Positions 45,058 to 61,257 of a stretch of 64,000 nt of DNA are shown one piece after another (positions within the stretch are counted from its first letter, which is position 1; every line of letters begins with the position of its first letter). A program made the translations under genes and the position numbers. Source of the DNA: the human T2T-CHM13v2.0 reference genome, Homo sapiens; NCBI RefSeq assembly GCF_009914755.1, contig NC_060932.1; one strand, given 5' to 3'. The notes under the pieces are model-generated. The model was not told the origin of the DNA, did not search any database, and saw only the letters and a program-made list of their open reading frames with translations.

Positions 45058-46435
45058 CTACTTATAAACCTTCTGCATGAGCTGAGGAGGGAATGGAATA
45101 TGAAAGAATATCAACTGATGTGAAAATCCAGAGGATGGAGCTGGTGTGGGAGGGCAGTGCAGAACCGTGTTTGAATTCACGGAATTCTTGAATTAGAATC
45201 TTTTTCTCTTCTTCTGGTACTTCACGCCCATGAATATCAGGTATTTTATTATTATCCTACAGGTCCCTGAGGTTCTTTTTTTTAAAAAAGTATTTTTCTG
45301 TGTTGTTAGATTGGATGATTTCTATTTATCTGTCTTCAAGCTCATTTGTGCTTTCCTCTGTTCTCTCCAGTCTGCTCTTGAGCCTCTTCAGTGAGTTTTA
45401 AAATTTGTTTATGATGCTTTTTTTCAGTTCTAAAATTTCTATTTAGTTCTTCTTTAAATTTTCTATTTCTTTGTGAGGATTTTCTATTTCTCCATTGGTT
45501 TTAAGAGTGTTCATGCTTGTTTGTAGTAACATTTGTATCCTGACTGCTTTAAAATCTTTGCCAGATAATCAGTACCCGTGTCATCTCAATGGTGATGTCT
45601 CCATTCTCTTTTCCCATGTGAGCTGATATTTTTCTTGTTCTTAATATTCTGAGTATTCTTATTATATTCTGGGAATTTTACATATTATTATATGAGACAC
45701 TAGTTCTTATTTAAATCCTAAGGAGAATGTTGATATTTTTGTTTTAGTATATAGTTGACTACTGGTTAATTTCAGGTTATAAATCCTAACCTGTCTTCTG
45801 TGGGCTGTGGTTCCAATGCCAGTTCAGTTCTTAAAGCCACTACAGTTCTTGGATCTTTCTTTTGGTCCTTTGCTTAGAAAACTGAGGCTTTGGTTATCCT
45901 GTTGTGCTGTGCACTTCTGCAGTCTTCCTGTTTGGAAGGAAGACCCTACTGAAGCCCAGTTCCACCAAACAGAAGAGAAAGTTCTCTCCTTCAGAATGTT
46001 GGCTCCAATGTGCTCTTCTTCCTAGGCACAAGGATGTAAGAAAATAGAGAAATGCAAGTAAAAAAATGGTAGCATGTCTGCATCTTCTCATCTTTATATT
46101 TGAGGAGTTCCCTTTCCTGCCTCCTGAACCAGAACTAGAGGGCTTCTACCGAGCCCCCATATCTGAGGTCCCAGTACCTATTTCCAGGTCTCTGGTGCAT
46201 TGAATCCAGGCTGGGGGACTGCGGAGGAGGAAAAATGGTAAACTCACAGATGCTTGGTGTTACTTTAAATGTTGGTCTTCTTCCCCATTCCTCCTGCTGC
46301 TGTTCATGTTTTGATCTTCATATAGCTGTTCTATGCATTCTGTCAAAGTTTTATAGCTGCATTCAGTAGGAGAGACTGGATGGTGTGGGTTACTCCATAT
46401 TACCTGGAACTAGAACTCTTGATTGGATTTCTGTA

Positions 46436-47127
46436 CAGTAGTCCCCGCTTATCCATGGTTTTTCTCTCCTTGATCTCAGTTCTTCAAAGTCACTTGCTGT
46501 CCAAAAATATTAAATGTAAAATTCCAGAAACAGACAATTCATAAATTTTAAGTTATGTCCCATTCTGAGTGTAATGAAATCTTCTGCTGTCCTGCTCCAT
46601 CCTGCCCTGATGTGAATCACCCCTTTCTCTAGTGAATCCATGCTGTGTATGCTCTCTGCCTGTGCATCACTTAGTAGCCATCATGCTTATTGTATCGACT
46701 GTCACAGCATCGTAGTGCTTGTGTTCAAGCAACCCTTATTTTACTGAATAATGGCCTCAAAGTGCAAGAACAGTGATGCTGGCAATTTGGATATTTCAAA
46801 GAGAAGCCGTAAAGTACTTCCTTTAAGTGAAAAGGTGAAAGTTATTGAATTGATATGGAAAGAAAAAAAAAGTATGTCAAATTTGCTAAGATTTGTGGTA
46901 AGAACAAGTTTTCTGTCTGTGAAATTGTGACCAGCATATTGTTATAATTAATCAATTTTATTGTTATTGTTAATCTCTTATGGTGCCTAATTCGTAAACT
47001 AAACTTTATTATAGGTATGTATCAATAGGGAAAAACATAGTATATATAGAATTTTTTACTGCCTGTGGTTTCTGGCATCCACTGGGGATCTTGGAACTTT
47101 TCCACCATGGATAAGAGGAGATTTCTG
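46436..47127 (+). mobile_element. MER44 (Tigger7-derived) DNA transposon
   Basis: Terminal inverted repeats cagtagtccccgcttatcc / ggataagaggagatttctg, flanked by TA. Confidence 0.82.
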
Positions 47128-47190
47128 TATGTAATTTTCTGTTATATGAGTACTGCTTGGCACTGAAAGTTTTTTTTCTTATGTTGTCAG

Positions 47191-47342
47191 TGACAATATA
47201 TGAAGTGAATGTGGCAACGGGTGAGCTATGGAATGCTGGAACAGTAGCAAACGTCTACATTTCTATCCATGGGGAAAAGGGAGATACAGGATCCAGACAA
47301 CTATTTAGATCGAAGAGCTCCTTCAATTTTTTAAGAGGACAA
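47191..47342 (+). CDS. RP1: RP1 alternative exon D (PLAT2 N-part: VTIYEVNVATGELWNAGTVANVYISIHGEKGDTGSRQLFRSKSSFNFLRGQ)
   Basis: ttgtcag|TG ... CAA|gtaagc, phase 1-0. YEVxVxTG..AGT.ANVYIxIxG.xGDTG is a LOXHD1-type PLAT motif. Confidence 0.92.
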
Positions 47343-47359
47343 GTAAGCAAAATGCCCTT

Positions 47360-48560
47360 TGATTTTAAAAAGATTAATCATGGTAAAAACACATAAAATA
47401 AGATTTACTGTTGTAACTATTCTAAGAGTTTTTAATTTCACAGTTTAGTAATGTTAAGTATATTCACATTTCTGTGCAACAGATCATCAGAACTTTTTCA
47501 TCTTCCAAAATAGGTAATCTAATAATTAACAACTCCCCATTTCTCCTTCCCTTCAGTCCCTAGTAACCACCATTCTACTTTCTATTTCTGTGCATTTACT
47601 TCAGATACCTCATGTAAGGGAAATAATATAGTAATTGTCTTTTGTGACTGGCTTATTTCACTTAGCATAATGTCCTCAAGATTCATCCATGTTATAGCAT
47701 GTGACAGTATTTCCTTTCTTTTTAAGGCTGAATAATACTCCATTGTGTGTAAACAAACAAACTACATTTTGTTTATGATTTCATTGATTAATGGACATTT
47801 GGGTTGCCTCCACCTCTTGGCTATTGTGAATAATGCTACTGTGTACATAGGGGTGCAGATATCTCTTTGAGCTCATCTTTTCAAATTGTTTTTGAGACAT
47901 ATTTAGAAGTGGGATTGAGGGATCATATGGTAGTTTGTTTTTAATTTTTTGAAACTACTGTGCTGTTTTGCATAGCAGTTGTACCATTTTACAATCCCAC
48001 CAGCAGTGCACAAGGGTTCCAGTTTTGCCATCTCCTTGCCAAGACTTGTTAATTTTTTTTTATGTAACCATCCTAATGGCTATGAAGGGATATCTCATTG
48101 CTTTCGATGTACATTTCTTTATTTATTAGTGATGTTGAACATCTTTCATATGCTTATTGGCCACTTGTATATAATCTTTGGAGAAATGTTTGTTCAAGTC
48201 CTTTGCCCATTTTAGGGTTGGGTTATTTGTAGGAATAGAAAACCAAATACTGTATGTTCTCACTTATAAGTGGAGCTCATTATAGGGTACTCATGGACAC
48301 AATGAGAGCAACAATAGACACTAGGGTGTGGAGAGGGATGTGAGAGAAGGAGGCAAGGATTGAAAAACTGTTGGGTACTATGCTTAGTACCTGGGTGATG
48401 GGATCATTCATATCCCAAACCTCAGCATCACACAATATACCCGGTTAACACACCTGCACATGTACTGCCTGAATCTAAAATAAAAGTTGAAAAAGAAAAA
48501 ATTGGGTTATTTCTTCTTTTTTGTTGTTGAATTGTAGAAGTTCTTTATTTATTCTGGAAC
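47360..48560 (-). mobile_element. L1MA/MB 3' fragment with a nested sense L1PB/PA 3' end (48232-48500)
   Basis: Nested piece aaccaaatactgtatgttctcacttataagtgg...aataaaagttgaaaaag bounded by the repeat ttgggttattt. Confidence 0.75.
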
Positions 48561-51275
48561 TTAAACCTTTGTATTTCCTCTTTGTTGAAATTCTCACTTG
48601 GTTCATTCATCACTGTCTTGATGTCTGTACCTTTGTGACTGTTATTTTGAATTCTCTGTTGAGTAAATCACTTAGTTCCATTTCTGGAAATTAATCTTGT
48701 TCTTTTGTTTGGGACATATTCCCCTTTTTTCTTCATTTTCTTTGACTCTTTCTATTAGTTTCTATGCATTAGATAAGACAGCCACCTCTCCCAAACTTGT
48801 GAGACTGGCTTCATGTAGGAAATAGACCTCACTGATCAACTTGGCAGAGATTAAGTGCCTCTCAAACTTTTGCATTTGTCCCAACTACTGTCTTTGTTTT
48901 TAGTGGCCCCCAGGAGTTTAGGGTGTGCCAAGTCCTGTCAGTGCCCCAGAGATAGGTAAGATAGAAGTCAGTCTCTTGAGAAGCAGCTGGAAAAGATGAG
49001 TTGCTAGATGTGTGATCAAGTTCGTTTTTTCCTCAGGCAGAAACTCAGAGCTGGAGTTTATCTCTCACTCACTCTGCATTAAGCTGGGGAGAGGATCTGT
49101 GGCAAATGCCTGCACTCCTATTCAGACCACACAGTTGCATTGCTGTTTGTTGCTCCCAAGAGCCTAGCAAATGCCCAGTTTCATCAGTTCTTAGAGACAG
49201 GTGGGTCAGCTGGAGACTTGTTCTATCTCTGGAATGAACCAGAGGAAAGAGCTGTATGAAGTGTGCAGACACTCAGTAGACTACTGATTGCTTGTTCTGT
49301 CACCGCCTGGATGCAAGATAATTAAAAATGTAACCCATGGAAATCGTTGGGAAACTTGACATTAGGTGTACACTCAAACCCCTTTCAAAGAAAAACTGGG
49401 TGCTGGGGGTTTTTGCCTGCTTTCTCTGCATGAAGCCAGGAGAAAGCTGCTGGAAGTGCTCCTTATGTGTTTAAAGCATCTCTTCATTCTCTGTGGTCCC
49501 TGGGGTACTTGAGAATGCCTATCCCCATCAGCTCCTACAGCTAGGTGGTTTAGAGGCCAGTCCCTCAGGTAGAAGCTGTAAAATATGGGACATTCGATGT
49601 ATGGACAAACTCCTTCCAGGGAGAAGATGAAGATTGGCTTTATTGCCGGAGCCAGCTGGGGAAGAAGGCATGTCTGTTCAGGTTCACAAAGGACTTCTAA
49701 TTACTTGACTTATCACCAACCAGATGCTGGCTAAGTAGAAGCTCAACTCTGGGGCAACATCTAAGAAAGTGCAAGTCCAACCTTTTGTAGTGAGAAAATG
49801 GGATTTGGGTATTTTTGCCTGCTTGCTCTGTGCTAAGCCTTATGTGGGATAGCTGCTGGAAGTGTTCTTGTACCCAGTTAAAATTGCCTCTTTGTTCTCT
49901 GTGGTACCAGGGACTTCTCAAATGCTGAGCCCCCACATTTCCAGAGGTAGGTAATTTAGGAGCCAGTTGTTTAGGTGGGAGCTATGAAAGTTGGGATGCT
50001 CAGTGTGTGGAGAAACTCTTTTCAGGGAGAAGCTGGAGACTTGGTTTTATTGCTGGAGTTAGCTAGGGTGAGAAGACATGGGAAGTACCCACATGCCTAT
50101 TGAGGCTCTGGGAACTTTACTAATTTCCTGCCCTCTAGGCTTCCAGATGTACTCTAGTTAAAGCCCTGACCCCGGGACAGCAGCTGGGATTGTGTGCAGT
50201 CAGACCTCTTCCAGGGAGAAACTGGAAGTTAGATAATTTTCCTTGCTTACTCTGCACTAAGTCTAGGGGTATGGCTGCCTGTTTAAAAAGACCTCCTAGT
50301 TCTCTGTGGTCCCAGGGGATTTTCAAATGCCAAGCCCCATCTGTTCTCAGAGGCAGTTGATGTAGGAGCCAATCCCTTGGATAGCAACCATAAAAGTTAG
50401 GTTTTCTCCTCCACAATCCCTCAATCTGGATTCAATGCACCAGAAACCTGGTGCATTGAATAGGCACCTGGACCTCAGATATGGCACTGGAAATAGGCAC
50501 TGGACCTCAGATATGGGGGCTCAGTAGAAGCCCTCTAGTTCTGGTTCAGGAGTCAGGAACGGGAACTCCTTACATATAGAGAAGGTGCAGACATGCCACC
50601 TTTTTTTTTACTTTCATTTTTCTATTTTTGTACATCCCCATGCCTGGGAAGAGGAGCACACGGGAGCCATCATTTTGAAGGAGAGGAACTTGTGCTTTTG
50701 TTTGGTAGAGCTGGGCTTCAGTGGGGTCTTCCTTACAAATAGGAAGACTGCAGAATTGCACAGCACAACAGGATAACTAAAGGACAGAAATGGAAGAGTG
50801 GATCCTATGTCCAGAATTCTGTCTCATTTGAAGGCTGCCTGAGAAACTGGTTTATGTCTCCCCTAACTTGGAGCCATGACAGAAAAGGCAGATAGTTTGG
50901 AAGCCTGGAAAAACAGAGGCCAGCCCTGCAGGCTGTTTTTTGCAGCAGAGATTCTTCAGTACAGCAGAGAGACAATAAGACAAGAAAGAGATTGTGGGCT
51001 CCAGATGAAAAACAAACACTTCCTTTTTGAAGCTGGAGAAGCTCCTGACTGTGCAGTGCTATTTCTGGGATGTGGTTTGCGGCAGGAGCTTATCTCAGCT
51101 TTTTCTACCTGTTTCGGTGTGGATATTTTCTCAGTTTCCCAGTGTGTGTGTGTTGCAACAAGTGTCTGAATTTCTCTCAAAATGAATTGTTGTATTTGTA
51201 TTTGTTTATTTGGTACGTCCATGGAAGAACTGAAAGTCAGAAACCTCCAGTCTGCCATATTGCTGACATCACCCA
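48560..51275 (-). mobile_element. Old L1M 5' region with degenerate tandem monomers, interrupted at 50402-51015
   Basis: Repeating ctctgtggt(c/a)cc(a/t)ggg...cccca...aaagttg/ag units near 49490, 49900 and 50300; ends with ctgccatattgctgac, like an L1 5' terminus. Confidence 0.6.
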
Positions 51276-51302
51276 ACCCAGTGATGGTTTAAAGAGTGAG
51301 TT

Positions 51303-53552
<2,250 letters not shown>

Positions 53553-53554
53553 AA

Positions 53555-54159
53555 GAGTGAATTTTTAAATTTCCACATATATGTGAATATTTCAGTCACC
53601 TACTATTATTTTCTAGTTTTGTTCCACCATGATTGGAAAAGATACTTTATATTATTTTAATTTTCTTAAATTTGTTAAGACTTGTTTGTGAACTAACTTG
53701 TGATCTCTCATGGATAATGTTCCGTGTTTTTTGGTGGTTCTGTATATGTCTGTTAGGACCAATGGTTTACGGTGTTGGTCATGTCCACTTGCTTTATTGA
53801 TCTTTTGTTTCATTTTTCTATCCATTATTGAAAGTGGGGCATTGAAATCTCCTAGTATTGTGTTGCTGTCTATTTCTCCCTTCAATTTTGTAAATGTTTG
53901 CTTTATATGTATGTGTATGTATGTATATATATGGATACATACATATACACGTATACCTACATATATAGGTTTACATATGTAAGTATGTATATATATACAC
54001 ATATATATGTATGTGTATATATATACATATATATGTATGTATATGTATATATATACATATATATGTATGTATATGTATATATATACATATATATGTATGT
54101 ATATGTATATATGTATACTCTGATGTTAGGTGCACATATATTTATGAATAATATATATG

Positions 54160-54208
<49 letters not shown>

Positions 54209-56100
54209 AAGTCCTGGTGAATTAACCATATTATCATTATATAGTACATTTTTTTGTCTCGTGACAGTTTTGGAATTAAACTCTATTTTGTCTGATATAA
54301 ATATGGCCACTGTCTCCCTCTTTAGGTTCCCATTTACATAGAATTTCTATCTTTTCACTTTCAACCTATGTATATACTGAGATGTATGTATTGTTCTTGG
54401 CTTACCGCAAGCCTCTGGATCCTGGGCTCAAACTTCATATTTTCATATGACTTCATGTTGCTATCTAGTGTCCTTTTATTTCAACTTGAAGGACTTCCTT
54501 AGCATTTCTTGTATTGTAGGTCTAGTGGTAATGAGCTTACTCAGTTTGTTTATCTGGGAAAGTCTTAATTTCTTCTCCACTTTTGACAGTTTTGCCTGAT
54601 GTAGAATTTTTGGTTGAGAGGTTTTTTTCTTTTAATATTTTGAATGTATCATCCTGTTGCCCTTTAGCCTGCATGGTTTCTACACAAATTTACTCATAAT
54701 TTTATAGAATCTCCTTCATATATGATGAGTTGCCTTTCTCTTGCTGCTTCCACGATTGTCTCTTTTAAAGTCACCAGTTTGATTATAATGTGTCTACGTT
54801 GGATTTCTTTTGGTTTATTTTAGTTTTAGCTCATTGAGCTTCTTGAATTTACATGTGCATTTCACTCCTCAGATTTTAGAAGTTTTTGGCTATTATTTTT
54901 TCAGAAAAGCTCTGTGTCCCTTTGTCTCTCTCTTTTCCTTTTTAAATTCCCGTAATGCATATGTTGGCCTGCTTGATGGTGTCTCATGAGTTTCTTATGC
55001 TCTCTTCACTTTTCTTCACCCTTTTATTTTGTTGCTCCTGTCTTGATGATTTCAAGTGAACTGCTTTCAAGAAAGCTGATTCTTCTGCCTTATTAAATCT
55101 GAGGTTAAACCCCATTAGTGAATTTTTCAATTCACTAATTATATTAACAGCTGTAGAATTTCTGTTTTGTTCTTTCTTATAGTTTCTATCTTTTTCATTG
55201 TATTCATGCCTGAATTTACTGATTTCATTTAGTTGGTCTCTCTGTATTCTTTTTCACTCATTTAGTATTTTAAGATAGTTGTTTTAAATTTCTATCAGGA
55301 AGTTTAGAGATTTGTATTTCTTTAGGGTTATTTCATGGAACCATTCATTTCTTTGATCGGGCCATGTTTTCCTCTTCTTTGTAGGCTTTGTGATCTTTTA
55401 CTAAGATTTGAACATTTAGAAATACAACCATACCTCACAGTCATTATGAGTCACGTGCTTTACTAGGGGAAAACTTGCATTGGTCAGCCCAGGTGGAGGT
55501 TTGGGACCTCTCAAACCTTTTCTGACAATGTGTCTTCCCTGGGCTTATATATTTGATTTTAAGTATCTTAATTTCCTTAATTGCTTGCCCTTGTTTCTTA
55601 TCCAGAGCCCACAATCTCCTGCTTGCCTTGTCTCTCTGCTGTACTGAAGAAGCTCTGTTGAAAAGACAGGCTGCAGGGCTGGCCTCTGTCTTTTAGCCTT
55701 CCAAACTATCTGCCATTTCTGCCATGGCTCCAAGTCAGGGGAGACAAAAACCAGTTTCTCAGGTAGCCTTCAGACAAGACAGAATTTTGGATGTATGGTC
55801 CACTCTTTCGTTTCTGTCCTGAGGGAGGTTCTGGACTGTGGGTGGTTTCCTTCCTGTTGCACTGCACTATGCCAGGTAGGGGTAGGGCATGGGCATGTAA
55901 GATGGCTTGAACTTTTCTGCCCTTTTTGGATGAAGTCCTTTCTTGGTTATGCATTGGCCTTGGTGCTGCATCTCTTAAGTGGTTTCTAAAGTTTTCAAAA
56001 AAAGAGTATTCTAGTTCTTACATTATTGTTAACTTAGTGTCTCCGTGTGTAAATTGGAGCCTGGAGCTTCCTAATCTGCCATCTTCTTGACATCTCTCCC
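53555..56100 (-). mobile_element. L1M element (endonuclease region to 5' UTR) with an AT/AC-rich microsatellite (53905-54200)
   Basis: Minus-strand remnants [19 protein letters not shown] and [10 protein letters not shown] of the L1 endonuclease; ends at ctgccatcttcttgac. Confidence 0.8.
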
Positions 56101-56929
56101 TTCTTTGTCGATGTTTAAATCTGTATGTATATTGTTAAATGTGGATAATTATATACAGCCAGTTTTATTGTTGAATGTAGAAGCCAAATACATTATTTTA
56201 TTATTTCTAATGTTAATATGCATGTAATATTTAACTTTTTCTTTTACTGAGTAAATTATAGACATTTTATCATATTATATTTATCTCAACTTTCCTTGAG
56301 GACCCAACTAGTTCTTAACGAGTATGTCAGCATATTTTCATTATGCGTTTCTTCTCTTTTCCTTAGAGTTCTCTATATTGATTATTATAAATATCATAAC
56401 TCGTAATTATCTTTTATTGCATAGAAAGTCCTGCTTTTCTAACTGTTCTGTTTGGTGGATAAAGGGATAACAATGTTATCCATTAATTTGTACCAGGCAT
56501 GAACAGTATTTTTTTATTAATGAATGCTAATGGTTTTGTTTCTCCTTATTTATATTCTTAACAGTGCACTTACGTAGAGACAAAGAGATTCAAAAGAAAA
56601 TAGTCTTATTATGTGTCAGAGGAGCTGAGCTCTAATCCTGGATCTGTGCGTCAACTATCTTATCTGTAGAAAGGATTTTTTTTTCACTTAGCGATATTTG
56701 AGGATAAAATATGCATATGAAAATATTTTGAAACATAATACACTATACAAAGGTTATTTTTTCTTACCATTTTTTAATGGATATGCTACATCATGTATTT
56801 TTCTTGGATTGAAACCTATAGCGTTATCTTTGACTTTATCGGAAGTATTCTGTGATTTTCACTTTTTGTCTGTATTCTGAATATATAAACCATTGGAGCA
56901 CAACTATGTCTCCTTTTAATTGTAAATTA

Positions 56930-57274
<345 letters not shown>

Positions 57275-57343
57275 TTAATTTATACTATTGGTATAAATCA
57301 GAGTTATAGTCTAGATCTAATTATACTTTTTGATTCGTTATAG

Positions 57344-57422
57344 ACTGACACCTTTTTCCTGGAGGCTGTGCACCTTGGAGATTTGTGTAAGATTGTGATA
57401 GGCCATGATGGACTTGGCCCAG
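57344..57422 (+). CDS. RP1: RP1 alternative exon E (PLAT2: TDTFFLEAVHLGDLCKIVIGHDGLGPG)
   Basis: gttatag|ACT ... CCAG|gtaaga, phase 0-1. DxFxLEAVxLGDLxKIxIGHDG is a PLAT motif. Confidence 0.9.
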
Positions 57423-59323
57423 GTAAGACTCTTCCACAGAGAGTTCATGAAGGTCTGATTCCATTCTGTTTATATGAAACTCTGTTCAAATCTAGAAAAT
57501 ACTGTGGAAAATTGGTAGAAAATGGATCTCTATGTATTGACTATATGAAATCAAAATATTGTCTCCAAATACCCTTTAAAATTTAACTAGATGTATTTTT
57601 CTTCAAAATGACATAGGCTTGGCCAAGGGGATAATCTAGGATGGGCCTAAATACTAGAAAGAGTAATTTTAAAAAATAGAAGAGATTGGGGATTTATATG
57701 TTGTGACATGTGATGGCATTCCAGCATGGTAGTTAGTGGTGGAGGCAGCAGTCGTATCTCCTGGTGGTGATATTCCTTGAAGGCTACTGATTGTCCAACA
57801 GCGGCACGTTAAGGAGACTGTCCTGGCAGTGAGGTCTGAGCTGTTTTCTCCTGCCATTTTATTCATGCTTTTCCTCAGTCTTCTCATCAACTCTGTGAGA
57901 TGACTCACATCTTCCCAATAAATTTATTTTCTGCTACTGTATAAAACAATTATAAGATAAACAAAATCCATTTAACAAAAGACAGACTACTAGAGGACAC
58001 ATACCAAAAAAAAAAAAAAGGAAAAAAAAACCCAAATGCATCAAACAAGGTGATAAACTTTCTTATTAAAAAGTGTCAAAGTATAATTTTCAAACTAAGA
58101 ACAAGATTGTTACACAAATACAGAGTGGACAATGTGTTTAGGTAATTAATGAAGGAATTAGGAGGTTGACAAAGCTGGTTGAAAGGAGGTTACAAGAAAC
58201 TAAAAAATATATACTTATAATCCATGAAAAAAAAATTATGAGTAAGATTAATAAAAATATGACCAATATTCTATAGACAATACAAATATACTTTTGAGGT
58301 TGTCTTCTCTCTTGGACAAAATGTATCTATATTTTGAACAGATGTAAATTATTTGCATATTATTTTCTGTCAGTTGATAGCTAATTTTACAGAGTCTAGG
58401 CCTGAATCCATAGTAAATATTAAGTCAAATAATGTTACACTCCCACAGTGAGGCAAATGATTCTCAGGCAAGCTTGTTAGTGTTTTACTACAATATTGAA
58501 AGGACATGTGTCATCTTTTAGCCTTATTTCTGAGTTTCTGTTAATTTTTTTAAACAGAAATAAAGGCAATAATTTTCAACCTAAAAAATCCCTGTGTCCA
58601 ATTATATGCTCTATGCAAGAGACACTTGAAATAAATGACCCAGTAATATTAAACATGAAAGTTTAGGCAATGATATATCAGAAATATGTAAATAAAAGAA
58701 ATAATCTTAGTTTTAACCTTATTATAAGATAAAGTAAAATTCAAGACAACAAGCATTAAAAGTTACAAGAAGGGTAATTTTTTGGTAAAGTTTATAATTC
58801 ACAATGAGATTGTAAGAGTCATGAGCCTTTATTCCACAGATAATATTGCATATAAATAGATAAAGTAAAATACTCAGAGATAGTCAGGAAGAAATGAAAA
58901 GAAGATAGGATAGGATTTTATCATATGTCTCAGATTTTGGTAGGTTAGTTGGATACATCAGTTACTCTCCTCGGTTGTTTGTACTTTGTAGATAGGGAAG
59001 CACTTTCATTTCAAAACTTCATGAAACATTTTTATAATTTGACTCAGATATTAGGCCAAAAAGAAAATCTCAGTATATTTCCCCAAACAAGCCACATTCT
59101 CTGACTACAATTTAGTAAAACAAAAATTTAATTAAAAGGACAAAAGTAAAAAAAAATTAGTCATTTAAGGTATTTCAGTCCTCTTCATGACTTTGGGCCA
59201 AAGCAAAAATCAGAACTATAAGTACAGTCTAACAGAATGTTATGATGGTGTTTTTTTCTGTCTTATTTTCTGCTGAGGTCTCAAAAGACCAGAGTAAAAT
59301 AATAGAAGCAAGACCTCACCATC

Positions 59324-59672
59324 TGTCTTACTTAGTTTGAGGCTGCTATAACAAAATACCTTAGACTGGGCAATTTATAAAGAAGAAACATTTATTCTTA
59401 CACTTCTGGAGGCTGAGAAGTCTAAGATCAAAGTGCTGGCATTTGTTGTCTTGGGAGGGGCTTCTTGCTGTGTCCTCCCATGGTGGAAGGGCAAAAAGGC
59501 CTCGCTAGTTCCCTGAAGTCCTTTTATGAGGGCACTCATCCCACTCATGAGGGCTGAGCCCTCATGACTTAATCACATCCTAAACGCTCCATCTCTTAAT
59601 GTTATCACATTGGGTCTTAGGTTCCAATAGATGAATTTTAGGGGGACAAGTATATTCAGACCCATCCCAGCA
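59324..59672 (-). mobile_element. MST/MLT1A-type MaLR solo LTR
   Basis: tgtcttacttagtttgaggctgctataacaaaatacc...cagca with 5-bp TSD ccatc. Confidence 0.85.
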
Positions 59673-60505
59673 CCATCCTAAATGTAGGCACAAAGCTACA
59701 TATTCAGGACTTAATGAAGGAAGGGACAGACAACAAGTTATGGGTTCACCACTGAGTATAAAAACTACAAGTTTTCATTGCAGTAGGTTGGCTGTTGATT
59801 TGATACCTATTCACCAACTGCCAGTAATAGGAGAGGGTAGTAGGGGTTTTTCCGTTGTGAAGAAACCACTTGAAGAACCTGTGCCATCTAGAATTTGTTA
59901 CATGACCCCCACTTGAATAAAAATCTGCAGGCTTCCTAAGTGGCCTTTGGCCACAAAGAAAGGAAAGTCTGCAGAACAGTCAGAGTAGAATTGTAGGCAG
60001 ATAATCCGAGAAGATAGTAAGATAAATGATTACTGCTTTAAATACCTACTCACCAACATACATATGTAAACAATGCCGGTTAATAAGACTTTTCTAGACT
60101 CTTACCCGTCCCTAATCCCTGCAGGAACAGCCTAGCTTTCTTTAGGAACCCATCTTTTCTAGTTTTCTAAATCCAGTTCTAGTTCTTTCTTATGGGAAAA
60201 ACATGATGAAAATGTAGGCAATATATTTTTACGTTAATAATTTAAAAACTAACTTACTAACTTACAAAGTATTGTTAAAATCAATGTATCATTACCTCTA
60301 AGAGTTTTCTTTACAGCCTCCTCAGTTCTTAAAACTCATTTTAGAATTCTGGTAACATTTTATTTTTCCTTAAAGGAGACAAGTAATTCTTTTTTGGGAG
60401 ATAGCATCTAAAAATGAAATTAAATAACATTTTGGAGATTTTTTTCCAGGTGGAGAGAATAGTGTATGTAAGGACATAAAATTATGTATGTGAATCATCT
60501 GTGGC

Positions 60506-60828
60506 AGTGGTTTTCAAAGTGTGGTTCGTAGGCCATTAGCATTGCTTACCAAAATTGTTAAAGATTCAATGCTTGGGGTCTTATCTAGGATGACTAGCCA
60601 TACTGGTTTGCCTGTGGCTATTCTGGTTTACCTATGTCTGTCCTGGTTTTAGCACTGAAAATCCTGCATCCTGGGAAAACCCTCTGTCCTGGGCAAACTG
60701 GGGCATTTGATCACTGTAGGCTGCCTGTGCTGAGTCTACTGAATTAGAAACTGTGGAACTCAGTAGTCTGTGTTTTTGTAATCCCTCCTGGTGATGCAGA
60801 TGCATGCTAAGTTTGGGAACCACTGATC
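60506..60828. mobile_element. MER5A-like hAT MITE with a nested MER81-like MITE (60587-60719)
   Basis: Outer termini cagtggttttcaaa / tttgggaaccactg; inner termini taggatgac...gatcactgta around ttttagcactgaaa. Confidence 0.7.
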
Positions 60829-60938
60829 TAGGGAACTGTGAAGAGTTTGGCACCACTCAATAACGGGAGTATGTGATGAGGGATGAAGCTGAAGAGTAAG
60901 CTGAAGCGTCTTATATGCTGCGTTAAAAAGTTTTATCT

Positions 60939-61257
60939 GGCTGAGAACAGTGGCTTATGCCTATAATTCCAGCATGTTGCGAGGCTGAGGTGTGAGGATT
61001 GCTTGAGGCCAGGAGTTCAAGACCGGCCTGGGCAACATACAAGACCCCATCTCTACAAAAATATTTAAAAATTAGCTGAGCATGGTGGTACACACCTGGA
61101 GTCCCAGCTACTTGAGAGGCTGAGGCTGGAAGATTGCTTGAGTTCAGGAGTTCAAGGCTATGGTGAACTGTGATTGCACTACTGTACTCTAGCCTGGGTG
61201 ACAGAGTGAGCCTCTGTCTCTAAACATATACAAATAAAAAATAAAAGAAAAAAATAA
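60939..61257 (+). mobile_element. AluJ element
   Basis: Diverged full Alu with TSD-like ttttatc. Confidence 0.88.

Noticed and set aside
49300-50400. Spaced repeats as a CRISPR-like or novel array
   Set aside because: Long degenerate monomers typical of old L1 5' regions in a mammalian genome; no constant repeat-spacer structure.
46235-50402. A fixed inversion between the inverted duplicates
   Set aside because: Exon D inside the interval is in sense orientation and in phase, so a templated insertion explains the repeats better.
53652-54341. Tyr/Ile/Met-rich ORFs (also 44572-45051)
   Set aside because: Translations of AT-rich microsatellites and Alu/L1 sequence.
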